From the human T2T-CHM13v2.0 reference genome, Homo sapiens, in the NCBI RefSeq assembly GCF_009914755.1, contig NC_060932.1: a DNA stretch of 64,000 nucleotides, one strand, 5' to 3'. Position numbers and translations under genes: made by a program. The notes under the pieces were generated by a model. It saw only the letters and a program-made list of their open reading frames with translations. It was not told the DNA's origin and searched no databases. Shown in pieces: positions 63,205 to 64,000 of the stretch. The number at the start of each line of letters is the position of its first letter. Position 1 is the stretch's first letter.

Positions 63205-63325
63205 GGCCCCAGATGGGCAAGGTCAAGCTGTACAACTCCAGAATGGCACCACTCACATTGTCCTCTATGTGAATTGTCCTCCGTAGAGTTGTGCTGCAGA
63301 CAATCTGTGAGTTAATACACGCAGC
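63205..63325. mobile_element. MER91-like palindromic hAT element
   Basis: gtacaactccagaatggcaccactcacat...atgtgaattgtcctccgtagagttgtgc forms an imperfect inverted repeat matching the recalled MER91A core. Confidence 0.6.
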
Positions 63326-63350
63326 TCTGGAGGGGAGGTGGATTCCAATG

Positions 63351-63795
63351 TGTAGCAGATACTGTCAGTGCCTGACCCATGTCACTCAAATATCTCAGTT
63401 TGCTCTGCCTGACTTTCAACAGCCAGATGAGCCCAAGGATTTATCATTTCCAATCCCCAACCCTCAGTTGTGAAAAGTGGCAGATCAGAATTACTGAGGA
63501 GTTAATACCCTTAGCCTTCACCAATGAATATGGAAGTTGGTGTATATATACCCCAGATCCCTTGCCTCTTGGATGAGATCATTCTGAGACATATGTTTTA
63601 TATGTTTCCTAGAGTTCCCCTGTGGGAATAAGCTCCAGTTGCCCACTGTGGCAGCTGGCTCAGCAGCATATCCTTCATTGACTACCTTTTGTTTATGGTG
63701 TCATCTCCCCACTTTCCTTTTGGTATTGCTTGTACTTGTATTTGAACTTGAATCCTGATATCAGTATCTTCTTCTGGGAGACCTGAAACTAAAAG
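63351..63795 (+). mobile_element. LTR33-like ERVL solo LTR
   Basis: It starts tgtagcagatactgtcagtgcctgacccat, contains ataccccagatcccttgcctc...gagttcccctgtgggaataagctccagttgcccac, and ends cttctgggagacctgaaacta. Confidence 0.7.
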
Positions 63796-64000
63796 TAAAA
63801 TCCAGATCTGCTTTAAAATTTTCAGAATGTGGATGTGATTCTGGTAGCTTTGGAGGGGAAGCCCTCTTTCTTGTCTACTGAAGTTGGAGTACTGGCCTTG
63901 ATCAGCTGCCATGGTACAATGGACACTCCTGCAAAATGTAACAGGAAACCCTCTTAACTGCCATCTATGTCCATCGAATAAACAATTTAAAATCGCATTA

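Overview
This is AT-rich, CpG-depleted primate (very probably human) intergenic or deep-intronic DNA, dominated by transposable-element fossils: Alu/FLAM, L1PA/L1PB/L1ME, L2, MIR, THE1/MLT1/LTR16/LTR33 solo LTRs, and MER5A/MER20/MER6/MER91/MADE1 DNA elements. I find no intact protein-coding gene, structural RNA gene or CRISPR array, and most ORFs in the track are chance or repeat-derived. The one gene-derived sequence is a decayed processed pseudogene of TRMT10B (about 40826-42170, + strand). It has a perfect 13-bp target-site duplication (TSD), sits inside an old L1ME, and carries a 34-nt intron-like insert that may record an alternative splice acceptor. Other notable structures are a tailless inverted L1 lying between two truncated unrelated elements (16.9-19.3 kb), a tailless internal L1 fragment with a perfect 12-bp TSD (20.05-20.25 kb), a nested L1-in-L1, a near-intact MADE1 hairpin, a CTCF-like motif, and several locally templated fold-back insertion scars. 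I cannot support a claim of a new biological system here. Repeat subfamily calls come from recalled consensus sequences, and boundaries without TSDs are approximate.
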